From contig JAURLI010000072.1 in assembly GCA_030831315.1 (NCBI GenBank), forward strand, positions 20 through 64,019: a stretch of DNA of 64,000 bases. The letters are read 5' to 3'. Under the pieces are notes generated by a model that saw only the letters and a program-made list of their open reading frames with translations, did not search any database and was not told the DNA's origin. Position numbers and translations under genes: made by a program. Below are positions 17,167 through 25,358 of this stretch, one piece after another (the stretch's first letter is position 1; each line of letters opens with the position of its first letter). The stretch comes from Alphaproteobacteria bacterium. Lineage in GTDB: Bacteria; Pseudomonadota; Alphaproteobacteria; SMXQ01.

Positions 17167-18023
17167 CAGACCTTGCCTCCGGTCTTCGCCAGCACGTCGC
17201 GGTATTCCGCCCAGTCGCGGGTCGCCAGGACGTGGCGCTCCATCCATTTGGTGAAGCTGTCGCGGTCGCGGGAAATGTCGTCCCAGGCGGTGTAGAAACG
17301 GTTGTCGCGCTCGTAATAGCCGTGGGCATAGGACGGATGCGCGCCCATCGGCACCTCGGCCACCGCCGAGACCACCCAGTAAGGCAGCACGCAGGCATTG
17401 GCATCGGCCTCAAGGTCGTCGACGATTTCCTCGACCGTGACGATGGCGCGCTTCGCCGCCATCACCGCTTCCTTCTGCACGCCGACGATGCCCCAGATCA
17501 GGACATTGCCCTTGCGATCGGCCTTCTGGGCGTGAATGACGGTAACGTCCGGGCGCACCGAAGGCACTGCCGCCAGTTGTTCGCCCGTGAACGGGCAATT
17601 GATGAACTTGATCCGCGGATTGTGCTTGGGCAGGTCCGAACCCGTGTAGCCGCGCAGGACGGCGAAGGGCAAACCGCTGGCGCCCGCCACATAGGCGTTG
17701 GCGAGCGCGGCGTGGGAATGTTCCTCGATCTCGAGCTTGTGCGGCCAGCCCTTTTCGACGGCATCGCGGAAACGATGGAGCGAGCCGACACCCGGATTGC
17801 CGCCCCACGAAAAAACGAGGCGCCGCGCGCAGCCCATGCCGATCAGCTGGTCGTAGATCAGGTCGGGCGTCATGCGCACCAGCGTCAGGTCTTTCCGCTT
17901 CTGGCGGATGACCTCATGGGCGGCGGCATGGGGAATAAGATGGGTAAATCCCTCCATGGCGACGGTATCGCCGTCCCGGAGGAATTCACCGATGGCTTCA
18001 GCTAGTGAACAGATTTTCGCCAT
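17166..18023 (-). CDS. pcaI: 3-oxoadipate CoA-transferase subunit A
   Basis: 285 aa, CoA-transferase alpha subunit (MAKICSLAEAIGEFLRDGDTVAMEGFTHLIP...), translationally coupled to pcaJ. Confidence 0.9.
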   Translation of the reverse strand: MAKICSLAEAIGEFLRDGDTVAMEGFTHLIPHAAAHEVIRQKRKDLTLVRMTPDLIYDQLIGMGCARRLVFSWGGNPGVGSLHRFRDAVEKGWPHKLEIEEHSHAALANAYVAGASGLPFAVLRGYTGSDLPKHNPRIKFINCPFTGEQLAAVPSVRPDVTVIHAQKADRKGNVLIWGIVGVQKEAVMAAKRAIVTVEEIVDDLEADANACVLPYWVVSAVAEVPMGAHPSYAHGYYERDNRFYTAWDDISRDRDSFTKWMERHVLATRDWAEYRDVLAKTGGKV

Positions 18024-18048
18024 TTACGAACACGGCGCGTCCCGATGC

Positions 18049-18657
18049 CTAGGCATCGAAGAACACGGTTTCCTGGTCCCCCTGCATGTGAATGTCGAGA
18101 TGATAGACGGCTCCACCCGGCGTGTCCTCGCGCCGCGCAATCACGGTCGGCCGGCGCGCCGCCTCGATCGAGTTGAGCACCGGGTCCTCGTCGTTCGCCT
18201 TGGTTTCATCGCCGAAGTAGATGCGGGTGAAGGCGTGCGACAGCATGCCGCGCGACTGGATGATGACGCTGATGTGCGGCGCCTGCAGGCGATTGCCCTG
18301 CCCCGGCACGCGGCCGGGCTTCACGGTATCGAAGGTGAAGCGGCCGTCCTTGTCGGTCTGGCAGCGGCCGAAGCCGTTGAAAGCCGGATCGAGGGCAACA
18401 TCCGCCCGGTTGTCGGCGGCATGCGCGTAGCGTCCGGCGGCATTGGCCTGCCAGACCTCGACCAGCGCATCGTCGAGCGGCGAGCCGTCACCCGCGATCA
18501 GGCGGCCAGTGATGCGAATGTGTTCGCCCTTGGTCGCCGGACCGGCGAGGACGTTGCTGGTGATGCCCTTGCGGCCGTAACCCTCGGGCGTCAGGCAGTA
18601 AGCAAAATAAGGCCCGATGGTCTGGCCGGGCGTTTGCTGCATCTTGCGGTTATCCAT
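18049..18657 (-). CDS. pcaG: Protocatechuate 3,4-dioxygenase alpha subunit
   Basis: 202 aa, intradiol dioxygenase fold, starting 2 nt after the pcaH stop. Confidence 0.9.
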   Translation of the reverse strand: MDNRKMQQTPGQTIGPYFAYCLTPEGYGRKGITSNVLAGPATKGEHIRITGRLIAGDGSPLDDALVEVWQANAAGRYAHAADNRADVALDPAFNGFGRCQTDKDGRFTFDTVKPGRVPGQGNRLQAPHISVIIQSRGMLSHAFTRIYFGDETKANDEDPVLNSIEAARRPTVIARREDTPGGAVYHLDIHMQGDQETVFFDA

Positions 18658-18659
18658 GA

Positions 18660-19370
18660 TCAGCCCTCCATCGGCGTGGCTTTGCTGCCGCGCAGGACGA
18701 TGTCGTATTCGTAACCGAGCGCGAAGTCGGCGTCCGTCGCCTCGACCGAGTAGCGCGAGATCAGACGATTGCGCGCGTTCACGTCGGGGATCGACAGGAA
18801 GATCGGATCGAGCGGCAGCAACGGATCACCCGGGAAATACATCTGCGTCACCAGGCGGGTGACGAAGCTCGGCCCGAACAGCGAGAAATGGATATGCGCC
18901 GGACGGAACGCCTTGTGATGGTTGGCCCAGGGATATTCCCCGGGGCGGATGCTGCGGAAGGTGTAGCGCCCGTCGGGGCCGGTCAGGAAGCGCCCGGCAC
19001 CGAAGAAATTGGGATCGAGCGGGGCATCATGGTTGTCCACCTTGTGGACGTAGCGCCCGGCGGCATTGGCCTGCCAGATCTCAATCAGGGCATTGGGCAC
19101 CGGACGGCCATTTTCGTCCGTGACGCGGCCGGTCACCTTGATGCGCTGGCCGAGCGGCTGGCCGTTGAGGGCGCCGTTCTTGGTCAGGTCCGAATCGATC
19201 TCGCGCACGGCATCATGGCCGTAAACGGGTCCGGTCAGCTCCGACAGCGTCTGGGGCAGCGGCACCAGCGGCTTCCTCGGCGACCGCTCGACGGTCGATT
19301 TGTAGCCTTCATAAAGGTACGGGGGCTGCAACCCCCAGTCCCTGGGCAGGTAGGTATTCGAATCGCTCAC
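18660..19370 (-). CDS. pcaH: Protocatechuate 3,4-dioxygenase beta subunit
   Basis: 236 aa. IEIWQANAAGRYVHKVDNHDAPLDPNFFGAGR...AFRPAHIHFSLFG carries the intradiol Tyr/His iron-ligand region. Confidence 0.9.
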   Translation of the reverse strand: MSDSNTYLPRDWGLQPPYLYEGYKSTVERSPRKPLVPLPQTLSELTGPVYGHDAVREIDSDLTKNGALNGQPLGQRIKVTGRVTDENGRPVPNALIEIWQANAAGRYVHKVDNHDAPLDPNFFGAGRFLTGPDGRYTFRSIRPGEYPWANHHKAFRPAHIHFSLFGPSFVTRLVTQMYFPGDPLLPLDPIFLSIPDVNARNRLISRYSVEATDADFALGYEYDIVLRGSKATPMEG

Positions 19371-19472
19371 GGTTCCCCCGTCGGATCAAAGGTTTGACGG
19401 TACCCCGCAGGGGGCCGCCGTCTCCGCCGCGTCCGATGCCGCCGCCCGGCAAGGGGCAAACCATTAGACATC

Positions 19473-19494
19473 GAACGCTTTCATTCTAGCGTTC
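19473..19494. promoter_or_regulatory. Inverted repeat GAACGC-N10-GCGTTC upstream of pcaH (candidate operator)
   Basis: Perfect 6-bp arms read directly, about 100 nt upstream of the pcaH start. An AT-rich aaaatttcgaaaaaa element lies nearby at 19515-19529. Confidence 0.3.
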
Positions 19495-19578
19495 TTTGTC
19501 CGCCGCTTAAGCGCAAAATTTCGAAAAAAGGCAGGTATTTGGAGAGAGCTGCCGCCCCCGGCCGGCCCGCCTGCCCGC

Positions 19579-20676
19579 CTACTGGCTTCTTTTCTTCTTC
19601 TTTTTCTTCTTGGCGCAGTACTTGGCGTCGGTGAAGCGTTCGCACTGGGTGCCGCCGCGGGCAAGGGCCGCGTTCATCAGGTCGACAACCGATTTGGGCG
19701 CAGCCACCAGCTCCACCGCCATATCCTGCAATTCCTTGCCGGTCAACGGATCGATGTCGAGGCGGCTCTTCTTGGCCTCCGCCAGAAATTTCGGGTTCTT
19801 CATGGTGGTATCGAAAGCCGTCCTTAGCGCGGCCAGCCGGTCGGCGGGAACATCCCGGTTGGTCAGCAGCGGACGACCGACGGCGGCGACCTTCCCCATC
19901 AGGTCGAGCACCATGCGCTGGTCGGGAGTCTGGGCGAGATCAACGAAGCGCGGCACATCGGGCAGGTCGGGATGCTTCTTCAGGCTGTTCTGGATCAGGA
20001 TCACGATCTTCTTGTCGCGGATCCAATGCGGGTAATCGGCGCGGATCTCATCCCAGGTGGCGCTGCCGCGCACGGCGATTTCGCCGCGCTCGAGCGCTAG
20101 GTCGACTTCGTGGCCGCCCTTGTAGCCGATGATGATCTTGAGCTTGAGACCGAACAGGTGATTGGCAAGCGCGGGGTAAATGAAATTCGCGCCCGTGGCG
20201 CTCGTAGCGCCGACGATCATTTCGCGATCCTTCGCCTGCATCAGCGAAGTAAATCCCGCCGCGCGCCAGGCAACCATGACGCTGACGGGCTGGATCGGCG
20301 TGCCGATCCAGTTGAACTTGGCCGCATCGTACTTGATGCCCCGTTCGCCCAGAGCCTGCGACATGGCGAGCGTCTGGGAGAACGCGCCGATCACGGAACC
20401 GTCGCGGGGCCCGGCGTTGTAAAGCCAGTTGGCGGCGACGCGGCTCGATGCGCCGGGGCGGTTCTGGACGATGACATTCGGTTTGCCCGGAACGTACTGA
20501 CCGAAATGGCGCGCGACCAAGCGCGCGGTCGTATCGTAACTGCCGCCCGCCGAGGTGCCGACAACGATGGTAATTTCCTTCTTCTTGTAGAAATCCTCGA
20601 CCGATTGGGCCACGGCGGGCAGCGAAACAAGCGCGGCAAGAGCCGCAACTGCGGAAACAAGGACGGGTCGGTTCAT
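19579..20676 (-). CDS. TctC/Bug-family binding protein with C-terminal poly-lysine tail (...AKKKKKKKRSQ)
   Basis: 365 aa. Signal peptide MNRPVLVSAVAALAALVSLPAVAQS. Subfamily motif FYKKKEITIVVGTSAGGSYDTTARLVARHFGQYVPGKPNVIVQNRPGAS. The tail is encoded at 19582-19611. Confidence 0.85.
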   Translation of the reverse strand: MNRPVLVSAVAALAALVSLPAVAQSVEDFYKKKEITIVVGTSAGGSYDTTARLVARHFGQYVPGKPNVIVQNRPGASSRVAANWLYNAGPRDGSVIGAFSQTLAMSQALGERGIKYDAAKFNWIGTPIQPVSVMVAWRAAGFTSLMQAKDREMIVGATSATGANFIYPALANHLFGLKLKIIIGYKGGHEVDLALERGEIAVRGSATWDEIRADYPHWIRDKKIVILIQNSLKKHPDLPDVPRFVDLAQTPDQRMVLDLMGKVAAVGRPLLTNRDVPADRLAALRTAFDTTMKNPKFLAEAKKSRLDIDPLTGKELQDMAVELVAAPKSVVDLMNAALARGGTQCERFTDAKYCAKKKKKKKRSQ

Positions 20677-20720
20677 GGCAGTCTCCCTTTCTTGCTTCCG
20701 GGCCCGTATTCAGGTCCCGG

Positions 20721-22196
20721 TCATTTCGTCAGGAACGCGAGCTTGTCCATCCATTTGGCGCGGATATCATCGGCGTATTCGCGGCTGACCGCGTTCACCT
20801 TCGGGAAATCGTCCTTCCAGTGCCATGGCCGCACGGCGTAGATGATGATGCGTGAATTGGTCATGTCATCGCCCTCGCGTCGCTCGGGCAGAAGCATGGG
20901 ATCGATATAACCGGTCCAGCAGCCGTCGATGATGTCGGTCTGGGTCTTGGGATCCCAACGCGTTGCCATCGCCCACATGACTTCCGCGGGATTGGTGATG
21001 TCGATATCGTCATCGACGATGATCACCATGCGCCCGAGATAGGCGGACGAGCCGCAGCCCGCCGCCACCAGCCCCGCCATCTTGGCGTGGCCCGCGTGCA
21101 TCTGCTTTATCGAGACAACGCGGATGAAGCGCGGCCCCCCGCCAGGCAAGGTGTAAACGCCCTGCACGCCGGGCACGCCCGCCGCTTCCAGTTCGTCCCA
21201 CATGGCGGCCGAGCGGAAATGCCCCGATCCAGCCGTGCCGAACCAGAAGCCCGGCAACGTCGGGCGCACCGGCGGCGCGCCGGTGATGATGGGGTCGTTG
21301 CGATGGTAGATCGCCTTGATTTCCAGCACCGGCTCGGGCCGCGAGTTGGAGGCGTAGTATCCGGGCCATTCGCCGAACGGGCCTTCGCTCGCCGAACGCC
21401 GGTCGGGTGGCGGCATGAAACCTTCAAACACGATCTCGGCGTCGGCGGGAAACGGAATGCCGGTGTGCTTGCCCGCGACGACCTCGATCGGCCGCCCGAT
21501 GCGCGCCCCGGCAAGGGCGTATTCGGAAACCTTTTCCGCCGCGGTAGACGCCGCCGCCGCGCCCAGGACCGGCGCCTGGCCGACGCTGATCACCATCGGA
21601 CAGGCTTCGCCGCGCGCCCAGTATTTCTTGCGGATGACGTCGCCATGCTTGCCCGGCTCGATAAAGGGAACCAGCGTATTCTCGTCCTCGACCTTGACGC
21701 GATAGGTGCCGACATTGACCCAGTCGCTGTCGGGATCTTTCGTCACCACCATGCATTCGGTGCCGATGTAATGCCCGCCATCGCCTTCATGCCAGATGGG
21801 TGCCGGAAAGGCGCGCGCGTTGACCTTTGCCCCTTCCATGACGTTTTCGAGCACCGGCCCCGCCTTCACCGTCGCCGGCGGGATCGGGGCCGAGGTCTTG
21901 CGCCGATGCTTGCGGTACTTCTGCACGGCCTCAAGGCCGGAACCGTTGTCGAACACCTTCGACGAGCGCACGTTGACGGCAACGCGAAAGCCCTTCGGGA
22001 AGCCCTTGATGTTATCGAAAACGATGATCGGCGGGTCCGGGCGTTCGAGGGACAACTCGTACAGCGCGCCGATTTCCATCTTCGTATCGGCGCCTTCAAC
22101 GACTTCGAGATCGTCCATCTCACGCGCCAGATCAAGGCAGGTGCGAAGGTCGCCAAGGGCGGCAAGGCGCCGCGATTCCACGTTATCGCCCGACAT
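20721..22196 (-). CDS. UbiD-family (prFMN-dependent) decarboxylase, paralog A (short class, 491 aa)
   Basis: ORF track 20721..22409 trimmed to MSGDNVESRRLAALGDL.... UbiD motifs WVNVGTYRVKV and SEGPFGEWPGYYAS, with a C-terminus shared with paralogs B, D and F. Confidence 0.9.
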   Translation of the reverse strand: MSGDNVESRRLAALGDLRTCLDLAREMDDLEVVEGADTKMEIGALYELSLERPDPPIIVFDNIKGFPKGFRVAVNVRSSKVFDNGSGLEAVQKYRKHRRKTSAPIPPATVKAGPVLENVMEGAKVNARAFPAPIWHEGDGGHYIGTECMVVTKDPDSDWVNVGTYRVKVEDENTLVPFIEPGKHGDVIRKKYWARGEACPMVISVGQAPVLGAAAASTAAEKVSEYALAGARIGRPIEVVAGKHTGIPFPADAEIVFEGFMPPPDRRSASEGPFGEWPGYYASNSRPEPVLEIKAIYHRNDPIITGAPPVRPTLPGFWFGTAGSGHFRSAAMWDELEAAGVPGVQGVYTLPGGGPRFIRVVSIKQMHAGHAKMAGLVAAGCGSSAYLGRMVIIVDDDIDITNPAEVMWAMATRWDPKTQTDIIDGCWTGYIDPMLLPERREGDDMTNSRIIIYAVRPWHWKDDFPKVNAVSREYADDIRAKWMDKLAFLTK

Positions 22197-22215
22197 CGGG
22201 TGCTCCACTGATTTT

Positions 22216-23268
22216 CTACTGGGACTTCTTCTTTTTCTTTCCGCCGCCAGTATTTTCCGTCGCCACCGCCGCCTTGAAGCGCGCAACCACGGCGGGGGAC
22301 GCAGCCGAAATACCTTCAACCATCTTCTGCAGCTTCGTGCCCTCGATCGGCTGGATTTCGAGCTTGGCGCGGCTCGCATCTGCAAGCAATTTCGGATCGC
22401 CAATCGCACTCATGAAGGCCTTGCGCAGGAGCGCGATCCGTTCCGTTGGCACGCCGGGCGGCGCCATCATGGCGCGGCCGATGGTTTCCGTCGTCGCCAG
22501 CAGCGAGATCACCTGCCGCTCTTCATCGTTGCGAGCATATTCGATCAGGGTCGGAACCTCCTTGAGCATCGGATCACGTTCCAGGGTCATCTGGAACAGA
22601 GGCACGATCTTTTTTTCCTTCACCCACTGCGGGTTCTGAAAAGTATAAGACATCCACGAATTACTGCCCCGCCCCGATACCTCGCCGCTTTCCATCGCCT
22701 TGTTCACTTCCGTGGCGCTGCCATAGCCGAGCACCACCTTGAACTTCGTTCCAAACAGGCGGTTCGCCATCAGCGGATACATTTCCTGGGTCGTACCCGG
22801 CGTCGTCGCCCCGACGGCAATCTGCTTCTTCGTGGCGTCGGTCAGCGTCTTGAAACCTGTGGAGTGCCAGACCACCAGCACATTGGTCGGACTGGCCGTC
22901 GTGCCGATCCAGTTGAATTTGCCGACGTCGTATTTGGCCTTGCCCGGATTAAGAAGCTGGAAAATCGGGATCGTATTGAGTGTGGCGCCAAGCTGTGTCC
23001 CATCCTTCGGCGCGACACTGTAAATGAACGCCGCGACACGGGTCCCCCCCGCGCCCGGCATGTTCTTCGGCACCATGGTGGGGTTTCCGGGAAGATGCTG
23101 GCCGAGATGTCGCGACATCAACCGCGCATAGGCGTCATAGCTGCCGCCGGCACCCGAACCGATGGAAATCGTGATGGTCTTTCCCGCGAAAAACTCGTCT
23201 GCCGAAACGGTCGCGGGCGCAAGCGCGCACGCACAGAGCACGGCAATGGCAGGAATACGATTCGTCAT
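22216..23268 (-). CDS. TctC/Bug-family binding protein with C-terminal poly-lysine tail (...GGGKKKKKSQ)
   Basis: ORF track 22216..23286 trimmed to the ATG at 23268 (AGGGAG upstream). Signal peptide MTNRIPAIAVLCACALAPATVSA. Motif FFAGKTITISIGSGAGGSYDAYARLMSRHLGQHLPGNP. Confidence 0.85.
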   Translation of the reverse strand: MTNRIPAIAVLCACALAPATVSADEFFAGKTITISIGSGAGGSYDAYARLMSRHLGQHLPGNPTMVPKNMPGAGGTRVAAFIYSVAPKDGTQLGATLNTIPIFQLLNPGKAKYDVGKFNWIGTTASPTNVLVVWHSTGFKTLTDATKKQIAVGATTPGTTQEMYPLMANRLFGTKFKVVLGYGSATEVNKAMESGEVSGRGSNSWMSYTFQNPQWVKEKKIVPLFQMTLERDPMLKEVPTLIEYARNDEERQVISLLATTETIGRAMMAPPGVPTERIALLRKAFMSAIGDPKLLADASRAKLEIQPIEGTKLQKMVEGISAASPAVVARFKAAVATENTGGGKKKKKSQ

Positions 23269-23483
23269 GGCAAGGCTCCCTGGCAATCGGGCTCTTCAAG
23301 GCCCCTCGTTCATGGTTTCATTGATAGCCCTCAGGCGGCAGGGATACAAGACGGCTGGAAGCCGGCAGTAGAGATTTTTTCGAATTTCAAAATTGTTTTC
23401 TTTATTTTCTTTGTACGGGCGCTTGGCTATTGTCGTCCCGGGCGCCTTCCTGCCCCGCGACGACCACAACCGGAACCACGGCG
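23269..23483. promoter_or_regulatory. Divergent promoter region with an AT-rich island (23371-23414)
   Basis: 215-nt spacer between divergent genes. It contains gagattttttcgaatttcaaaattgttttctttattttctttg, which stands out against the GC-rich background. Confidence 0.4.
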
Positions 23484-24545
23484 ATGAGTGACCAGGCCGC
23501 AACCCTCGAAGCGCTCGAAAAGCTTATGTCCGAAGCGCATGTGCGTGGGCAGTGGCAGGTGGGCGCCAACCGGCCGGAAAACATGAAGCGCAGCCCGGAC
23601 GGGCGTGTATGGATCGACCCCGTGGCCCAGGCGAAGCCCTACCTGTGGCCGTGGCCGGTGATGGAAAAGATCCTCGAAGGCTCCTGCGTCGCCCTGCCCG
23701 AAAGCAACACCGCAAGGCGCAGCCTGATCTACATGAACCCCGCCCTCCAGCGCGGCACCACCCACAACATCCTCGCGGGCATACAGGTCATCCAGCCCGG
23801 CGAAATCGCCTGGGCGCACCGCCATACGGTCAATGCCCTGCGCTTCACCATCGACGGCGGCAACGACGTCTATACGGTGGTCGACGGCGAAGTGCTGCCG
23901 ATGCTGCCCTATGACCTGATCCTGACCCCCGGCTGGTGCTGGCACGACCACCACAACGACCGCGGGCGCCCGGCGACATGGCTCGACGTGCTCGATGTGC
24001 CTTTCATCGCCGCCATCAACCAGAACTATTACGAGGAACTGGGCGAAACGACCCAGGACCGCCGCAACGAGGCACCCCTGCCCGGCATCGAGCTGCTGCG
24101 CCCGATCGGCGAAAACCGCCCGACGGCGCCGCGCCCCTTCCGCTATCCGTGGGCGGAAACGCGCGCAAGGCTCGAACAGCTGGCCGAACAGCCTCCCGAT
24201 CCCTGCGACGGTATCGCCATCGAATACATCAACCCCGTGAACGGCGGTGCGGCCCTGTCGACGCTCGCCTGTTATGCGCAGATGCTGCCGCCCGGCTTCG
24301 AAGGACAGCGCCGGCGGCGCGGCGCAAGTGCCGTGCATTTCGTTGTCTCGGGCGAAGGACGCATCGAATTCGACGATACGACCCTTTCCTTTTCGCAACA
24401 TGACGGCATGGCGGTGCCGAACTGGACATGGCACCGCTTCGTCAATGCCTCCGCTTCCACACCTGCCTTCCTGTTCACGGTGACCGACCGGCCGATCCTC
24501 GATGCGTTCGGTCTCTACCGCGAACAGGCTGAAACGAAAACATAA
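23484..24545 (+). CDS. Gentisate 1,2-dioxygenase-family bicupin
   Basis: ORF track 23430..24545 trimmed to MSDQAATLEALEKL.... The N-terminal cupin iron motif is IQPGEIAWAHRHTVNALRFTIDGG...TPGWCWHDHHN. Paralog of 51208..52320 and 26355..27410. Confidence 0.85.
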   Translation: MSDQAATLEALEKLMSEAHVRGQWQVGANRPENMKRSPDGRVWIDPVAQAKPYLWPWPVMEKILEGSCVALPESNTARRSLIYMNPALQRGTTHNILAGIQVIQPGEIAWAHRHTVNALRFTIDGGNDVYTVVDGEVLPMLPYDLILTPGWCWHDHHNDRGRPATWLDVLDVPFIAAINQNYYEELGETTQDRRNEAPLPGIELLRPIGENRPTAPRPFRYPWAETRARLEQLAEQPPDPCDGIAIEYINPVNGGAALSTLACYAQMLPPGFEGQRRRRGASAVHFVVSGEGRIEFDDTTLSFSQHDGMAVPNWTWHRFVNASASTPAFLFTVTDRPILDAFGLYREQAETKT

Positions 24546-24566
24546 TCCACCCGGGAGAACCGCCCC

Positions 24567-25358
24567 ATGGCGCGCAAGACCACATCCAAAGCCAAGACCG
24601 CGAAGAAACCACGCACTACCAAGGCGGCGCCCGCAAAGGGCCGGCGCAGCGATCCCCTGAAGGCGCACGAGCAGAAGCTCTTCGATCTCGCCAACGGCCA
24701 GTTCGAATCGGCTGCCTACAAGCGCATGTTCGCGGCCCCTTGGACGAAGAAGGGCGTGCAGCAGTTCTTCATGCAGCATGCCCAGTTCAACCTGAACCGG
24801 CGCGATTGCTGGGGCCATGTCCAGGGCTCCGCCCCCCTCGCCGTAAAGAAAATCGTATGGGAGCACGAGGAAGAGGAACTCGGCGGCGTTGCCGCGCGCG
24901 GCGGCGCCAATCACTACGAGCTTGCGGTTCAGCAGGGAGCATCCTTCGGACTCAAGCCAAAGGACTATTACGACGCTCCGACGATGGATGGGTCCTTCGT
25001 TTCCTTCCAGGCGTGGCTGCACATCGCCCAGCATTCGCACTGGCTCGAGGCCTTCGCCGCCTCTGCCGCGCTCGAATATTCGAACTCGGAAAAGGTCATT
25101 CGCGGTGGCTGCCTGTCGCGCCGCATGGGTGAAAAGCTCCAGAAGGAGCTCGGCATCCCGATGAAGAAACAGTATTCGAACGAGGAACACGTCACCGCCG
25201 ACGTCGCCCACGGCGAATTGCTGATCACCATCGGCCGCATGTACGGCGACACGCAGGAAGCGCGTGACCTAATCATGGCGGGCGCGGTCAAGAGCTGGAC
25301 CGTGGACCGCGTGTTCCGGAACTTCCTCGCCAGCCTGCTGGAGGACTGCGCCCGCTAG
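24567..25358 (+). CDS. TenA/PqqC/CADD-like heme-oxygenase-fold protein (putative di-iron enzyme) with basic N-terminal tail
   Basis: 263 aa, GGGAGAA upstream. Candidate ligand motifs are WEHEEEELGG...NHYEL, ALEYSNSE and EEHVTADVAHGE (H-x3-D-x2-H). Paralog of 52343..53074, more distantly of 39331..40104. Confidence 0.75.
   Translation: MARKTTSKAKTAKKPRTTKAAPAKGRRSDPLKAHEQKLFDLANGQFESAAYKRMFAAPWTKKGVQQFFMQHAQFNLNRRDCWGHVQGSAPLAVKKIVWEHEEEELGGVAARGGANHYELAVQQGASFGLKPKDYYDAPTMDGSFVSFQAWLHIAQHSHWLEAFAASAALEYSNSEKVIRGGCLSRRMGEKLQKELGIPMKKQYSNEEHVTADVAHGELLITIGRMYGDTQEARDLIMAGAVKSWTVDRVFRNFLASLLEDCAR

Noticed and set aside
12515-17295. Long antisense ORFs 12515..14350 (-), 13123..14025 (+), 15226..17295 (+) and 15215..16306 (+).
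   Set aside because: They overlap the ThDP enzyme and pcaBJI genes, whose translations carry unambiguous motifs. The alternative frames give Arg/Ala/Gly/Pro-rich strings only.
19582-19611. Purine/pyrimidine tracts encoding the lysine runs, considered as phase-variable simple-sequence repeats or sequencing artefacts.
   Set aside because: The tracts mix AAG and AAA codons rather than forming long homopolymers. They occur in frame in five different genes, and three share the same ...KSQ-stop ending, so a selected protein feature is more likely. Ribosome sliding on the short A-runs cannot be excluded.
19582-19611. Lysine tails considered as C-terminal sorting signals (LPXTG, PEP-CTERM, GlyGly-CTERM type).
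   Set aside because: Those signals need a recognition motif plus a hydrophobic helix before the basic cluster. Here the basic cluster follows ordinary soluble sequence.
20721-22409. N-terminally extended versions of many track ORFs. Examples are 20721..22409, 30636..32297, 31757..33184, 37721..39640, 14627..15412, 10165..11748, 57584..58813 and 58686..59957.
   Set aside because: The extensions run through upstream genes or spacers, are Arg-rich, and are not shared by paralogs. Internal ATG/GTG codons with Shine-Dalgarno sequences coincide with the start of paralog conservation or of a signal peptide.
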